Shown: positions 29,812-39,399 of the stretch, piece by piece | Position numbering within the stretch: the first letter of the stretch is position 1 | How the letters are laid out: each line of letters begins with the position of its first letter | Source: Candidatus Woesearchaeota archaeon | GTDB lineage: Archaea > Nanobdellota > Nanobdellia > Woesearchaeales > 0-14-0-80-44-23 | Length of the DNA stretch: 64,000 bases | Direction: 5' to 3' | NCBI GenBank assembly: GCA_038874135.1 | Contig: JAVZCZ010000001.1 | Location: 448,001-512,000 of the forward strand | Notes under the pieces: model-generated | Databases searched by the model: none | Told to the model about the DNA's origin: nothing | Seen by the model: the letters and a program-made list of their open reading frames with translations, nothing else | Position numbers and translations under genes: made by a program

Positions 29812-30561
29812 TTACTCGTTTTCTATCCTTGGCGCCAGTATGAAGGAAACCATAAGCTTATCGGTTTCTGCATAGTCCAGCTTTAGTGGGTAGTCTGAAC
29901 TCAGTGAGATTGTAACATTCTCACAGAGCTTCTCTGCTGTTATCATCTTCTTGAGGTATTCAATTGAGTAGCGCGCTCTGGCTTTTTCTCCTTTCAATTC
30001 TATCTTAGTGTTTTCAGATGCTGAGATCTCAACTTCTGCCTGGCTTAGCTCTCCCTCTGCAGATATTACCAGCTTGGACGGCTGCACTTCAAACAGGACT
30101 GACTCGCCGATGATGTCGGCATCTCCTATTGCACTGCTCAGTATTGAGGAAGATGTTTTTACCTTAGCGTTGAACTTTAAGTCTGGAACCTTCTGCTCCT
30201 TGTCTTCCATGTCTATTAGTGGGAGTGAAAATGTCCTCTTGCTCCCTCCCTGAAGGGTTATTTTTAGCTTGTTGTCGGTCCTTTCTATGGTCATCGTGTC
30301 GTTAGCATTCACTCTTCTTAGTATCTGTTTAAGGTTTGCCAGGTTGAGTCCAAGCTCGGATGGCTTTTGAAGCTCATATTCTACAAATGTGCTGGAAAAC
30401 AGCTTAAAGATTACCATCGCAACATTTGCAGGGTCCATGGCAACTATTTCTATGCCTTCAGAAGTTATCTTCATCCTTGCCTCATTAACAAGTTCTGAGA
30501 TGATTGAGATGCTGTCTTTGAAGTATTTTGGCTCTGCAAGCACTAGTTTCATATAAAACAC
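29812..30561 (-). CDS. pcn: PCNA sliding clamp
   Basis: AMDPANVAM, YSIEYLKK, DYPLKL, FILAPRIE. Confidence 0.96.
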   Translation of the reverse strand: MFYMKLVLAEPKYFKDSISIISELVNEARMKITSEGIEIVAMDPANVAMVIFKLFSSTFVEYELQKPSELGLNLANLKQILRRVNANDTMTIERTDNKLKITLQGGSKRTFSLPLIDMEDKEQKVPDLKFNAKVKTSSSILSSAIGDADIIGESVLFEVQPSKLVISAEGELSQAEVEISASENTKIELKGEKARARYSIEYLKKMITAEKLCENVTISLSSDYPLKLDYAETDKLMVSFILAPRIENE

Positions 30562-30674
30562 CCCACTTTTTTATTTAAATCTCCAAATGGCATATTTAAA
30601 CTTTTTCCTTTAACCATGAATTTTTTGCCCCTCTGTACAAAAGCTTTTTATGCATTTAATGCATCCTGTTAAGC

Positions 30675-31571
30675 GTGGACTTTATGGAGATTTACGAGTC
30701 TAGCAATGGGCTTATAAGCAGAGATGAGTGGGAGAAGCAGATAATCAGCCTTTTTAAAAGTAGACGGGCTGATATTAAAGAAGAAGTTAATGAGGAAGCC
30801 CTTTCCAAAATTATAAGCAGGGCAGTTGAGAAGCGCATTCCTTCTGAGAAGTGCGGAGTTCTCCTTTCAGGAGGAGTTGATTCAACCCTTATAGCTTTCC
30901 TGCTTAAAAGGTTGGGTGCAGAGGTGGAATGCTTCTCAGTCGGTATTTCAGGAAGTGAGGATTTAAATTGGGCGCGCATTGCTGCAGCATCGCTTAATCT
31001 TCCAATATTTTGTGAAGAGTTTTCAGATGAATCCTTGGAATCTGCCTTCAGAACTGTAAAAAGGATTCTTGAAACGGACAATCCGGTAAGCATATGCATA
31101 GGCGCGGTCAGCTACCTGGGAATGAAGCTGGCTTCAGATCACAATGTGCACATAATATTTTCCGGACTCGGATCTGAAGAGCTTTTTGCCGGCTATGAGC
31201 GGCACCTTAACGCTTTAAAACAGGGCAGGGATGTAAATGAGGAGTGCCTTTCAGGACTCATATCAATGTATGAAAGGGACATTGAGAGGGACTACAAAAT
31301 TTCAAAGGCTTTGGGATGCGTCTTAAAAACTCCATTTTTAGATGATGAGCTCATACCTGCTTCTGCAGCTATTCCTGGCAGTGAAAAAATAAATCTTGAG
31401 GATAAGAAGATAATTCTTAGGAGAAGCGCCATGCTGCTCGGCCTTCCAGAGCAGTTCTGTACAAGAAAGAAAAGAGCTGCTCAGTACGGCTCAGGCTTTG
31501 AAAGGCGAATGGAGAAGATTGCTAAGAAGCATGGGTTTAAGAGCGAGCGGGAGTATTGTAAGTTTCTATGA
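30675..31571 (+). CDS. Asparagine-synthase C-terminal (PP-loop) domain protein without glutaminase domain
   Basis: LLSGGVDS, SGLGSEELFAGY, PFLD, RKKRAAQYGSG. Confidence 0.85.
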   Translation: MDFMEIYESSNGLISRDEWEKQIISLFKSRRADIKEEVNEEALSKIISRAVEKRIPSEKCGVLLSGGVDSTLIAFLLKRLGAEVECFSVGISGSEDLNWARIAAASLNLPIFCEEFSDESLESAFRTVKRILETDNPVSICIGAVSYLGMKLASDHNVHIIFSGLGSEELFAGYERHLNALKQGRDVNEECLSGLISMYERDIERDYKISKALGCVLKTPFLDDELIPASAAIPGSEKINLEDKKIILRRSAMLLGLPEQFCTRKKRAAQYGSGFERRMEKIAKKHGFKSEREYCKFL

Positions 31572-31578
31572 GCAGGAC

Positions 31579-32733
31579 TCATTTTAGGTGAAGCTGGAGT
31601 ATGTCTGTGTCTGAGAGCTGGTGTTCCAGCTTGAACTTCTGGCCTGGAAACTTGGCTGATGGTCCCCAGACGCGTGCGAATCTGAGCCTGTTGGGAAAGT
31701 CTGTGTGAATCTTAAGGCAGGCGTCCCTTATTGTGGCGCCCCTTCTCAGAATCATTGGCTTTTCAAGGTCTGGGTCCTTGCCAACCTCTTTTAGATAGAC
31801 TCTTATGAAGTCCAGCCGCTGGTAGATTGCCTCTTTTAGCTCTTCCAGGTTGGTGTTGTTTTCTGCTGAGATGAAAACAGCTTTGGGCTCTTTGCAGTTC
31901 TTGAGTATTGCAGACTTTTTAGAGAGCGATTCAATGTATTCCTTTATGCTCTTAATTTCTTCCTCTCCAACCATGTCAATCTTATTTACAACAATCAGCC
32001 CTTCTGAGTACTTCCTGTTTCCTGCAACAGCGTCTATGAACTGGCCCAAGCTTATGTCTTCCTTTATTATAACATCTGCATTCATAATTTTGAACTCTTT
32101 TAGTGTTGAAGCTACATCTTCCCTGGTTAGGTTAGAGAGCTTGACTGTTGCTGTAATGTTGATACCACCCCGCTCTTTCTTTTCAATCTTTACATCTGGC
32201 GAGTGCTGGTTTAGTCTTATCCCTGCGTTGTAGAGCTCCTTTCTCACTGTTTCCAGCTGTCTCTGAACATCGTACGCCTCAACTACGAGAAGGATGAGAT
32301 CCGCATTTCTCAGAACCGAGATTGCCTCTTTTCCTCTGCCTGTGCCCTCTGCTGCTCCTCCCAGTATTCCCGGAAGGTCCAGGATCTGTATTTTTGCCTG
32401 CTTGTATTCTAAAAGTCCTGGAATGCACTCCAAGGTTGTGAAGTTGTAGCTTGCAGTTTTTGAATTTGCATTGGTAAGCCTGTTTATGAGAGTTGATTTT
32501 CCAACTGAGGGAAGTCCTATGAGAGCCACTGTTGCGTCGCCACTCTTTCTAACAGCATATGATGGGCCCTTTGACCCCCTTTTTGCTTCCCTTCTTGCTT
32601 CCAGCTGTTCTTTAAGCCTTGCAATTTTTACCTTAAGTAAGCCTATTGCGTGTTCTGTTCTCTTGTTGTATTTTGTCTTGCTCAGCTCCTTCTCTAGTGC
32701 CCTTATCTGTTCTATGATTCTCTGCTCGCTCAT
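31579..32733 (-). CDS. DRG/OBG-family GTPase with TGS domain
   Basis: GLPSVGKST, YNFTT, DLPG, NKID, C-terminal TGS. Confidence 0.94.
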   Translation of the reverse strand: MSEQRIIEQIRALEKELSKTKYNKRTEHAIGLLKVKIARLKEQLEARREAKRGSKGPSYAVRKSGDATVALIGLPSVGKSTLINRLTNANSKTASYNFTTLECIPGLLEYKQAKIQILDLPGILGGAAEGTGRGKEAISVLRNADLILLVVEAYDVQRQLETVRKELYNAGIRLNQHSPDVKIEKKERGGINITATVKLSNLTREDVASTLKEFKIMNADVIIKEDISLGQFIDAVAGNRKYSEGLIVVNKIDMVGEEEIKSIKEYIESLSKKSAILKNCKEPKAVFISAENNTNLEELKEAIYQRLDFIRVYLKEVGKDPDLEKPMILRRGATIRDACLKIHTDFPNRLRFARVWGPSAKFPGQKFKLEHQLSDTDILQLHLK

Positions 32734-32856
32734 TCAGCTTTAGACAGTGGCGGGCAATTTTTAAAGGTTTTCAAGAAAAAGCATATTCTGTAAAATATAT
32801 TTTGTAATACTCTTGTTTGCTAAATATTTATAAAACGGCTTTGGAACATCAACAAT

Positions 32857-33435
32857 ATGAATGAGACTAATCTTAGCGCAATTGCAGAGACAGTTAGCAC
32901 AATAAAGAGCGTCTCGGTAGTTTTTAACGAGTTTCTAATAGCCTCATTCATAATAGTTGTAGGGTTCTTTATAGGAACCTTCGCTGGAAAAATCATCAGG
33001 AAACTCCTCGCAATACTTGGTTTGGACCAGTTTGTTAGAAGAGCCTTTAAGACCAACCTGCCGCTAGAAAGCTTCATAGCATTCCTAATAACTTCTGCTG
33101 CCTATGTAATTTCAATAATAATCGCGCTTAACCAGCTTGGAATTGCTGCAGCGGTTTTTAAGGTGATCTCAGCCGTGATAGTTTTTCTCCTCTTAGTCTC
33201 AATGGGGCTCTACATAAAAGACATACTTCCCAACTTCTTTGCAGGAATCAACATAATAAGCACAAGGAAGATAAGAGTTGGGGACCATCTTAAGATTGAT
33301 GACAGAACAGAAGGAGACGTGGTAAGGGTGGATATTACTGAGATATGTCTCAAGGGTGCTGAGGGCGAGCTCATATATGTGCCTCCAGCCTTGATTCAGA
33401 AGTCAAAGGTTGAGATAAGAAAGAAGATAGGATGA
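32857..33435 (+). CDS. Small mechanosensitive channel (MscS-like) protein
   Basis: TM helices, KDILPNFFAG, IRVGDHLKI beta domain. Confidence 0.82.
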   Translation: MNETNLSAIAETVSTIKSVSVVFNEFLIASFIIVVGFFIGTFAGKIIRKLLAILGLDQFVRRAFKTNLPLESFIAFLITSAAYVISIIIALNQLGIAAAVFKVISAVIVFLLLVSMGLYIKDILPNFFAGINIISTRKIRVGDHLKIDDRTEGDVVRVDITEICLKGAEGELIYVPPALIQKSKVEIRKKIG

Positions 33436-33441
33436 AGATTC

Positions 33442-33726
33442 TTACAGTATGCTCTCCAACAAAGAAGCGATGTTCCAAAGCTGAGTCCTGGTGTATGGTT
33501 GTATGTTAGTGTCGTCAGCTATCTCATCCAGCTCGTTCAAAGCCTTATGAATCCTAAGAGATAGTTCGCCCTGTTCCAGAAGCGCCTGCCTGGCATTGGC
33601 TATCTTCGCCTTGACATTTCTTGGAACAGTACTGTCATTTTCTAACTCCTGCATAAACTCAATTATTTCTGAAAGCTTTTTCTCATTCTTGGAATCTTTC
33701 GCATTTTTCGCCGCCATTTCAACCAC
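33442..33726 (-). CDS. UPF0147-family protein
   Basis: DSTVPRNVK, LDEIADDTNIQPYTRTQLWNIAS. Confidence 0.88.
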   Translation of the reverse strand: MVEMAAKNAKDSKNEKKLSEIIEFMQELENDSTVPRNVKAKIANARQALLEQGELSLRIHKALNELDEIADDTNIQPYTRTQLWNIASLLESIL

Positions 33727-33760
33727 GCTCCTTAAAAATTATTAGTTGAAAACGCTTTTT

Positions 33761-34102
33761 TTATTTATGATGCTGATGAGCATGGGAATTAAGATTTTCC
33801 ACAACCCTCTTTTGAAGCTCAGAAGCCTTCTTTTTCATGGCTTCTTCCTGCTTCTCAATTGAGCTTATCCTTAAATTAAGTATTTCCTTCTTAGACTCAA
33901 GATCCGACTTTACAGCATCCCTATCCGCCAGGACCATGACGCCTCCAACAATCTTGTAAACCTTCTCTGCATTCTGAATTTGTTCCAAAGCAGATTCAAC
34001 TTCGGCAAGCTGAAGCTGAAAATTCTGCTTTTGAAGCGAAAGATTTTGAAATGCCTGTTCCATTGCTTGAAGCTCAGCTATTGAAGAATCCTCATCTGCC
34101 AT
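33761..34102 (-). CDS. pfdB: Prefoldin beta subunit
   Basis: Coiled coils flanking KVYKIVGGVMV; conserved context after rpl37ae/rpoP. Confidence 0.92.
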   Translation of the reverse strand: MADEDSSIAELQAMEQAFQNLSLQKQNFQLQLAEVESALEQIQNAEKVYKIVGGVMVLADRDAVKSDLESKKEILNLRISSIEKQEEAMKKKASELQKRVVENLNSHAHQHHK

Positions 34103-34130
34103 TTAAACCAGCCCTCCTCATTCAAAAAGT

Positions 34131-34370
34131 TTACAAGTGCTGCTCAACTAGAGCAACCATCTTCCTGAAAATTGTTTCATACCTTCGCAGCGAACCGCTT
34201 CTCAGCTTGAAATCTTCATCGTCACGCGCAGCAAAACTTATCTCAACTCCGGAATTAATGGCAGATACCTTATATTCTGCCCCGAGCTCAGGAGAGATTG
34301 CCTCCGCCATCAGCTCAGCATAGGCAGAATCTGCTTGAAGTAAAACTGAAACCTGCTTACAGCCTACAAT
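34131..34370 (-). CDS. Probable KEOPS subunit Pcc1-like protein (start uncertain)
   Basis: Lies between rpoP and pfdB; AELMAEAISPE and VEISFAARD...LR pattern; ATT at 34370 or first ATG at 34310. Confidence 0.55.
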   Translation of the reverse strand: MVGCKQVSVLLQADSAYAELMAEAISPELGAEYKVSAINSGVEISFAARDDEDFKLRSGSLRRYETIFRKMVALVEQHL

Positions 34371-34371
34371 C

Positions 34372-34512
34372 TTATCTTGCCTTGACGCTAGTTGGAATTG
34401 TTCTTGGTTTGAAAAGGATCTTGCTGCCGCAGTAGGGGCATCTGACCTTTCTTTTGACATAGTTATCCGCCACCTTTTTCCCACAAACCATGCACTTGTA
34501 TTCCATGCTCAT
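34372..34512 (-). CDS. rpoP: RNA polymerase subunit P (Rpo12), missing from the ORF track
   Basis: Hand translation: MSMEYKCMVCGKKVADNYVKRKVRCPYCGSKILFKPRTIPTSVKAR*; TGATG coupling to rpl37ae. Confidence 0.93.
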   Translation of the reverse strand: MSMEYKCMVCGKKVADNYVKRKVRCPYCGSKILFKPRTIPTSVKAR

Positions 34513-34766
34513 CACTCAGTAGCTTCCTCTTTCAGAGCTAAACTCTTCTTTTCAATGCTATAGGCTGAAGCTGCAAACTCTGCCCCGCACTTGCTGCACT
34601 TCCAAATTCCAAGAGCCACTCTCTTAACCTTGTTATAGTGGCAGTATGGGCATTTCAGCCTCTTTTTATAGTATTCCGCTTCAATCTTTCCAAGCTTTAG
34701 TTTCAAAGTCCTGCCATACCTGGTTCCAAACCTGTTGGCTGATTTCGCCTCTGATTTCTTCGCCAA
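34512..34766 (-). CDS. rpl37ae: 50S ribosomal protein L37Ae (eL43)
   Basis: RFGTRYG, CPYC, GIWKCSKC. Confidence 0.95.
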   Translation of the reverse strand: MAKKSEAKSANRFGTRYGRTLKLKLGKIEAEYYKKRLKCPYCHYNKVKRVALGIWKCSKCGAEFAASAYSIEKKSLALKEEATE

Positions 34767-34838
34767 AATAATCGCCTCTATTATTTAAAAGAGATTTTGC
34801 CCTCTTTTAAAAACTTTTCTAATATTTCAAATAAGGGA

Positions 34839-34912
34839 TGGGGCTGCCCGGATTCGAACCGGGGTCATTCGGTCCCAAACCGAAGAGGATAGCCAGGCTA
34901 CCCCACAGCCCC
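34839..34912 (-). tRNA. tRNA-Pro(TGG)
   Basis: Reverse complement gives GGGGCTG/CAGCCCC acceptor stem, TTCGG-TT TGG GA-CCGAA anticodon arm and GTTCGAATC; CCA not encoded. Confidence 0.95.
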
Positions 34913-35009
34913 TTTTTAGCAACCAAAGATTTAGCCAATCTTTTTAAAGCTTTCCAAGGGAAAGCCCCCCATACAAACTTTTATAAACGGTACTGATTCC
35001 CTTAAAAAC

Positions 35010-36101
35010 ATGGATGACGCCCAGAGGTTTAAGCTTAAAAAGTTAATAGCCGAGCTTAAAAAGTATAGGGGAAGGCACACTGAGCTCGTATCAGTTTACA
35101 TACCTCAAGATTATGACATTAACAAGGTAATCTCGCAGCTCTCACAAGAAGAGGGAACCGCTACCAACATAAAGTCTACCTCCACCAGAAAAAATGTAAT
35201 TGACGCTCTGGAAAGGATGATTCAGCACCTGAAATTATACCCAAAAACGCCACCCCACGGGCTGGCCGTCTTCTCAGGAAATGTGGCTGAGCGTGAGGGC
35301 GACAGCGATGTGCGGGTTTGGAGCATAGAACCGCACCTGCCATTAAAGATAAGAATCTACAGGTGCGACAAGGCATTCGTAACAGAGCCGCTAGAGCAGA
35401 TGCTGGAATCAAAGGACAGCTACGGCCTCGTAGTCATGGATAGAAGGGAAGCCACTCTCGCACTGCTAAGCGGAAAGAGCGTAACCATACTTGCAAAGAC
35501 GCACTCAATGGTGCCTGGAAAGTTCAAAGCAGGAGGCCAGTCTGCAATGAGGTTCCTCAGACTAAGAGAGGGAGCTGCCAAGGACTTCTACAAGAAGGTG
35601 GCAGAATACATGAAGGAGCAATTCCTAGGGCGAGATCTTAAAGGAATAATCGTTGGGGGACCGGGACCTACAAAGTACGAGCTCGTGGAGGGCAACTACA
35701 TAACAAACGATGTAAAGAAAAAGATAATAGCTGTCAAGGATATAACTTACACTGACGAGTTTGGAATAAACGAGCTAATAGAAAAAAGCGAGGATGTGCT
35801 GGCTGAAGCTGAGATAACTGAAGAGAAAAACCTGATGCACAGGTTCTTTGACCTACTTGCGAAGAATCCCTCAAAAGTGGCTTATGGGCCAGAGATAGTT
35901 TACAACCTGCTCTCGGCAGGGGTAGTGGACACTCTCCTCATTTCAGAATCGCTGAAGGATGAGGAAATAGAGAGGTTTGAAACAGAAGCTGAAAAGTTTG
36001 GAACAGGTGTAAAGATAATCTCCACAGAAACAAACGAAGGAGTTCAGCTTAAGGAGCTCGGTGGAGTCGCCGCCCTTCTAAGGTATGAATACAGCTCTTA
36101 A
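35010..36101 (+). CDS. prf1: Peptide chain release factor aRF1
   Basis: NIKS, YRCD, GGQS. Confidence 0.97.
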   Translation: MDDAQRFKLKKLIAELKKYRGRHTELVSVYIPQDYDINKVISQLSQEEGTATNIKSTSTRKNVIDALERMIQHLKLYPKTPPHGLAVFSGNVAEREGDSDVRVWSIEPHLPLKIRIYRCDKAFVTEPLEQMLESKDSYGLVVMDRREATLALLSGKSVTILAKTHSMVPGKFKAGGQSAMRFLRLREGAAKDFYKKVAEYMKEQFLGRDLKGIIVGGPGPTKYELVEGNYITNDVKKKIIAVKDITYTDEFGINELIEKSEDVLAEAEITEEKNLMHRFFDLLAKNPSKVAYGPEIVYNLLSAGVVDTLLISESLKDEEIERFETEAEKFGTGVKIISTETNEGVQLKELGGVAALLRYEYSS

Positions 36102-36112
36102 GTGTTCTAAAA

Positions 36113-36799
36113 ATGGAAGAGCAGACATGTTTAGAGGGCTTCAAAGAGCTTTTTCCTAAAGAGAAGCCTCCCCACTTCCAGATTAAATACCGCATTGGAA
36201 GGAGAAGGTACTCTGCATCTGCCAGGCTGTTTAAGCATGCGTGGAAGCTTCAGTTCATCCTTGGGAATGAATGGAAAGAAGTTTCAGAAGAGATAAAAAA
36301 GGGGCTCTTTCAAGAGATGATTGTCCGCATCTTAAAGAGAAAGGTGCATCCAACCCTTAACATGAAGCTTTACAGCTCATTTGTAAAGAACATCCACCTC
36401 TCAATTCCAAAAGACAGAGTAGATGCTGAGCTGAAAGAATCATTTGACCGAGTCAACGAGAAATACTTTCACGGGCTTATGGAGATGCCCAACTTAAAGT
36501 TTGAAGGAAACTCCACAAGGCATCTGGCAGAATACGACTTTCACGAGGACATGATAAGAGTCAGCCAAATCTTTAGAGGAGCTCCCAAAGAGATACTGGA
36601 CTACCTGGTATACCATGAACTTCTGCACAAGAGCTTAAAATTCAAGTATTCCAACGGGAGAAACTACTATCATACTGAGAAGTTTCGCAGGATGGAGCTT
36701 CAGTTTGAAAATGCTGAGGAAATAGAAAGAAGAATTGAAGAATTTCTAAAATCAAAAAGAGGTAGAAACTGGAAAAGTTTATTATTCAGAAATGATTAG
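36113..36799 (+). CDS. SprT/DUF45(M48-like) zinc metallopeptidase
   Basis: FDRVNEKYF, YLVYHELLH, HTEKFR. Confidence 0.8.
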   Translation: MEEQTCLEGFKELFPKEKPPHFQIKYRIGRRRYSASARLFKHAWKLQFILGNEWKEVSEEIKKGLFQEMIVRILKRKVHPTLNMKLYSSFVKNIHLSIPKDRVDAELKESFDRVNEKYFHGLMEMPNLKFEGNSTRHLAEYDFHEDMIRVSQIFRGAPKEILDYLVYHELLHKSLKFKYSNGRNYYHTEKFRRMELQFENAEEIERRIEEFLKSKRGRNWKSLLFRND

Positions 36800-36807
36800 C
36801 TGAACAT

Positions 36808-37500
36808 ATGCAGGAAGAAAAGATTCCCTCAGGAAGCGACGCGATTGACCACCTCTTAAGCGGGGGCTACGAAAAGGACGTGATTACTGTCATATACGGT
36901 CCTTCCGGCTCTGGAAAGACAAACATATGCCTGTGCGCAATTGCCAGCATTGCTCCCAAAAAGAAAGTAATCTTCATGGACACCGAAGGCGGCTTCTCAA
37001 TAACCAGACTATACCAAATTGTAGGAAACTCTGAAAAGATAATGAAAAATGTAATGGTGCTGCAACCGACAAACTTTGAAGAGCAGCTGGCTGACTTTGA
37101 AAGGCTTAAGGACCTAGTTGATGAGAATATTGGCATCATAATAATAGACACTATAAGCAGTCTGTACAGGATTGAAAGGACTGAGGAAGACATAAAAGGG
37201 ATAAACAGCTCTCTTGGAAGAATGCTTAACTACCTCTCACAGATTGCCAGAAAGCAGAAGATTCCAGTTCTCATAACCTCTCAAGTTTACTCAGACTTTG
37301 AAAACAAGGGGAGAATAAAGATAGTTGGCGGAGACATAGTTAGGTACAGCGGAAAATGTCTGATAGAGCTTCAGCAGCTGGAAAATTCAAGAATAGCAGT
37401 TCTCCGAAAGCACCGAAGCTTGCCCGAGGGGAACCAGGTGGCTTTTGAAATAAAAGAGAAAGGAGTATTCTTGGTTAAGAGGAGGTTTTCAATCTTCTAA
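36808..37500 (+). CDS. radB: DNA repair protein RadB
   Basis: LSGGYE, GPSGSGKT, DTEGGFS, ITSQVY, KHRS motif. Confidence 0.94.
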   Translation: MQEEKIPSGSDAIDHLLSGGYEKDVITVIYGPSGSGKTNICLCAIASIAPKKKVIFMDTEGGFSITRLYQIVGNSEKIMKNVMVLQPTNFEEQLADFERLKDLVDENIGIIIIDTISSLYRIERTEEDIKGINSSLGRMLNYLSQIARKQKIPVLITSQVYSDFENKGRIKIVGGDIVRYSGKCLIELQQLENSRIAVLRKHRSLPEGNQVAFEIKEKGVFLVKRRFSIF

Positions 37501-38366
37501 GCTTTGTAGTGCTTCATTCTAATCCAGTAATACAGAAACTCCTGCGCGTAAGCAGAATTTTTCTGAAAGGTCTTCCTACCAAACTCCTCGGCATGCTTAG
37601 TACTCAGATTCTTACCCTTAAAAAAAACTTGTGAAACTGCCCTCCTTATCCACACATCAGTTGGAAATGCCTCTCCGAAGCCAAGAGAAAATGCCAGCAC
37701 GCAGTCAGCCACCTTACTGCCCACCCCTCTGAGCTTCATAAGTTCAAGCTTAGCAGCCTCGTACGGCATGCTTGAAATTGTTGAGAAGAATCGGTTAAAC
37801 TTCTGGTCAGCAGTTCTTCCGTAAGTAGAGGATAAAACCTGCCCAATCAGTACGGGATAAAAGCGTGCCCTAAATCCCAAGCCACACTTCTTAAGAGATT
37901 TTTCACACGCGCCAGCTGAAAGTTCCGAAGGGGTTGGAAATGAGTATGTTTCAAAGCCCTCAAAGCTTATTCTACTGCCAAATCTCCTGCTAAGCAGGTT
38001 AAGATTTCTCTTTATCCTGGGAATGTTAGAAGCTGAGGAAGCCACATAGCTAATTAGACACTCAAAAGGCTCCTGCCTTATCAGCCTGAGCCCAAAAGCA
38101 GAGCTTATAACCTCTCCTGGAAGTCCAGCCCTGCCGAGCTGCAAAACTATGCGGCTGTAATCCTCATCAAGAGAAAAATAATGCCTAACAAAAGCTGAGT
38201 TTCCGCTTGAAATCCTAAACTCAAGATTATCGCCGTCTTGGCGAGCCACAATAATCCTGTCCCCCGCAGTTATGTAATAATAGTCTCCGAGCTTCTCCCA
38301 CCTGAATATTTGGCCGCACTCAACCGTCTTTTTAAGGTCAAAATTTCTTACTCGAATCCTTGCCAT
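37497..38366 (-). CDS. 8-oxoguanine DNA glycosylase (OGG1-type HhH-GPD)
   Basis: CGQIFRW, GLRLIRQEPFECL, GLGFRA, LRGVGSKVADCV, FPTDVWI, AYAQEFLY. Confidence 0.9.
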   Translation of the reverse strand: MARIRVRNFDLKKTVECGQIFRWEKLGDYYYITAGDRIIVARQDGDNLEFRISSGNSAFVRHYFSLDEDYSRIVLQLGRAGLPGEVISSAFGLRLIRQEPFECLISYVASSASNIPRIKRNLNLLSRRFGSRISFEGFETYSFPTPSELSAGACEKSLKKCGLGFRARFYPVLIGQVLSSTYGRTADQKFNRFFSTISSMPYEAAKLELMKLRGVGSKVADCVLAFSLGFGEAFPTDVWIRRAVSQVFFKGKNLSTKHAEEFGRKTFQKNSAYAQEFLYYWIRMKHYKA

Positions 38367-38439
38367 GATGAGTACTAAAATGGTTTCATTTATTAAGTTT
38401 GGGAAAGAGTTATAAAGCAGTTAAAAATTCTAAAGCTCC

Positions 38440-39159
38440 ATGACAGAGCTGATGTATCTCAAAGACTGCTACCTCAGAGAGTTTGAAGCAAGAGTCACTT
38501 TTATTCAAGGAAGAATTATTGAACTGGACCGGACGGCATTTTATCCTGAATCTGGCGGGCAGCCCTCCGACCGAGGCTTCCTAGAATTTAATGGAAAAAC
38601 CGCTGAAGTGGTTAATGTGCGAAAGGAAGGCGGCAGAGTGCTGCACGAGCTAGCTGCAGATGCTGAAGTTTTAGGCATCACTCTTGGCGGGGCAGTGAAG
38701 TGCATTGTTGACTGGAATAGAAGGTACCTATTCATGAGATACCATACTGCCTGCCACGTGCTCTCAGCAGTGATATGCAGAAATGAACAGGATGTTGAAA
38801 TCACGGGAAACCAGATTGGAGAGGAAAAAACCAGGATGGACTTCAGTCTGAAAAGCTTTGACAGGGAAAAACTTGCCAAATATGAAGAGGAAGCCAATGC
38901 TGAAATTCAGAAGGCTCTCCCCGTAAGAATTGAATTTTTAGAGAGGGAGGAAGCCTTTAAAATCCCGGGGCTGGTTAAGCTGAGAAAGCTGCTGCCAGAA
39001 TCTTTAAAAGTCATACGGATAGTTTCAATTGACGGCTTAGACCAGCAGGCTTGCGGCGGAACCCATGTGAAGAACACTTCTGAGATTGGAAAGATAAAAA
39101 TCATAGGAAGTGAGAACAAGGGAAAGGACAACAGGAGAATCTACTTCACCCTAAGCTGA
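38440..39159 (+). CDS. alaX: Free-standing alanyl-tRNA editing protein (AlaX-M type)
   Basis: TAFYPESGGQPSD, HTACH, ACGGTHV. Confidence 0.92.
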   Translation: MTELMYLKDCYLREFEARVTFIQGRIIELDRTAFYPESGGQPSDRGFLEFNGKTAEVVNVRKEGGRVLHELAADAEVLGITLGGAVKCIVDWNRRYLFMRYHTACHVLSAVICRNEQDVEITGNQIGEEKTRMDFSLKSFDREKLAKYEEEANAEIQKALPVRIEFLEREEAFKIPGLVKLRKLLPESLKVIRIVSIDGLDQQACGGTHVKNTSEIGKIKIIGSENKGKDNRRIYFTLS

Positions 39160-39399
39160 ATCTTCCAAAGCCCTACTCTTCCTAACAGGCTCGTAATAAT
39201 CTATCTTTTTCTCCCTCTTAAGCTCTTCCATCCTGCTTATCAGCTTCTCTGAAGATTCTGCAAACCTGAGATGATAAACTCCAGTAGCGTACTTATAAAC
39301 TATCTCAATTCCGAACTGCGAGAGCTCTCTTAATAGCAAATCCTCATTAAAGCTCGTCCTAACAAAGAACTCGCCCTTAACCTCATCTTCTAGGGACAT
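39151..39399 (-). CDS. Small protein resembling a stand-alone subtilase prodomain/I9-like inhibitor
   Basis: VKGEFFVR...VYHLRF...IDYYEP resembles the prodomain pattern VPGExIVK...VxYAEP; overlaps the S8 gene end; likely start ATG 39399. Confidence 0.5.
   Translation of the reverse strand: MSLEDEVKGEFFVRTSFNEDLLLRELSQFGIEIVYKYATGVYHLRFAESSEKLISRMEELKREKKIDYYEPVRKSRALEDSA

Noticed and set aside
32790-32801. Palindrome AAAATATATTTT between the divergent DRG and mscS genes
   Set aside because: Pure A/T 12-mer in promoter DNA; too low in complexity to call an operator
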